Below, one piece after another: positions 62,956 to 64,000 of a stretch of DNA of 64,000 nucleotides (position 1 is its first letter; every line of letters starts with the position of its first letter). The notes under the pieces were generated by a model. It saw only the letters and a list, made by a program, of their open reading frames with translations. It did no database searches and was not told the DNA's origin. A program made the translations under genes and the position numbers. The DNA comes from Myxococcales bacterium (lineage in GTDB: Bacteria; Myxococcota; B64-G9): NCBI GenBank assembly GCA_012798435.1, contig JAAZNF010000085.1, positions 695 to 64,694 on the forward strand, read 5' to 3'.

Positions 62956-64000
62956 ATGCGCAAGTGGTCCGGTCGGCGGAGGACTCGTCTGGTGTGGCTG
63001 GGCGCCCTGGTGCTGTTGGCGCTGGCGGCGGGTTGCGATTGCGGCGGCGGACCCAGCGGCGCGCGGGCCGAGCTGAACGTCGACCGCACCGCGCTCGATT
63101 TCAAGGACGTGGCGCTGGGCTACCCGCGCACCCTCGACCTCACCGTGCATAACACCGGGCGCGCCGGCCTGGTGTTTCGGAACATCGCCTGCGAGAAGGG
63201 CGACCAGGGCTTCGAGGTGGTGGGCGCGCGCGATCCCGTGAGCGGCCAGGTCGGCGAGATCCCCCAGATCGTGGGCATCGACGGGGTGGTGGTGCTGGTG
63301 ATCCGCTACACCCCGGCCTCGGAGGACGCCCAGAACTTCGACACCTTGCACCTCGACACCAACGACAAGGACGCCTGCCCCTCCGACCGCAACCCCTGCC
63401 GCATCCAGCTCAACGGCAACGGTGCTCCGCCCGACGCCGATCTGGCGGTGGTGTGCCAGGAGGACACCGTGTGCCCCGGCGAAGGGGCGCAGAAGACCTG
63501 CCAGGTCACCATGGACTCGGTGAGCTACAGCCACCCGGCCATCGTGACCCTGAACTACTGCGACGTGCCCGCCGGCTCGAGCCTGTCGCGCAACATCAAC
63601 CTCCAAAATGTCGGCAACATCCCGCTCGAACTCGACGGCTTTGCGCTGCTCAACCGCCCGGGCGACTCGGCGGACTTTACGCTGCTGAAACCCACCGCCG
63701 TCAAGATCACCCTGCAGCCGGGCGAGGAGCAGATGCTATCGCTGGCCTTCGCCCCTTCCCAGGAGGGCCCCGCGGCCGGCGGGCTGGACATCCAGACCAA
63801 CGACACCGACATCGTGATGGCCGGCAGCGACCCGGGGTTGTTCAAGGTGCGCTTGCTGGCCATGTCGGCGGAGCCGGACATCGAGGTGTATCCCGAAAAC
63901 ATCCCCTTCACCGGCGTCAACCAGGGGGGCTCGGACACCAAGACGGTGACGTTGCGCAACCGTGGCAGCGGCACGCTGGCGGTGACCGGCCTGGAGGTCA
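62956..64000 (+). CDS. Lipoprotein with tandem ASH/choice-of-anchor D Ig-like domains (3'-truncated; absent from ORF track)
   Basis: MRKW...LAAGCDC; LDF.DV..G...L.V.NTG, L.NVG, TND repeats; GGAGG RBS; no stop seen before window end. Confidence 0.8.
   Translation, partial: MRKWSGRRRTRLVWLGALVLLALAAGCDCGGGPSGARAELNVDRTALDFKDVALGYPRTLDLTVHNTGRAGLVFRNIACEKGDQGFEVVGARDPVSGQVGEIPQIVGIDGVVVLVIRYTPASEDAQNFDTLHLDTNDKDACPSDRNPCRIQLNGNGAPPDADLAVVCQEDTVCPGEGAQKTCQVTMDSVSYSHPAIVTLNYCDVPAGSSLSRNINLQNVGNIPLELDGFALLNRPGDSADFTLLKPTAVKITLQPGEEQMLSLAFAPSQEGPAAGGLDIQTNDTDIVMAGSDPGLFKVRLLAMSAEPDIEVYPENIPFTGVNQGGSDTKTVTLRNRGSGTLAVTGLEV

Noticed and set aside
59360..63076. 1238-aa ORF and other long overlapping ORFs
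   Set aside because: Shadow frames of real genes caused by high GC

Overview
High-GC chromosomal segment, probably from a Myxococcota/deltaproteobacterial genome (inferred from MYXO-CTERM-like tails, PilZ-AMIN, Cys-rich lipoproteins and sigma54 activators). It carries housekeeping genes (two tRNA-Leu, selA, tig-clpP-clpX-lon, cydAB, ispF, cysS, sppA, carbamate kinase, SrkA-like kinase), a Gld-like ABC module, many secreted proteases, lipoproteins and beta-barrel proteins, and two sigma54 enhancer-binding proteins. No prophage, intact IS or CRISPR array was seen. The strongest unexplained signal is non-coding. Between sppA and an NtrC-type regulator there is a consensus sigma54 promoter plus an IHF-consensus site on the minus strand. 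It points into a ~190-nt gene-free stretch that folds into two long hairpins with an identical UUUCCCCCCCG loop and ends in a U-tract. This is a candidate tandem Pxr-like sRNA system. Other notable items are a CxxC..CxxC insertion in CysRS, a TetR/hydrolase switch whose palindrome covers both -35 boxes, a Rex-like box before cydA, a mosaic REP-like repeat and several candidate leaderless genes. All calls are by eye, and start codons are best estimates.
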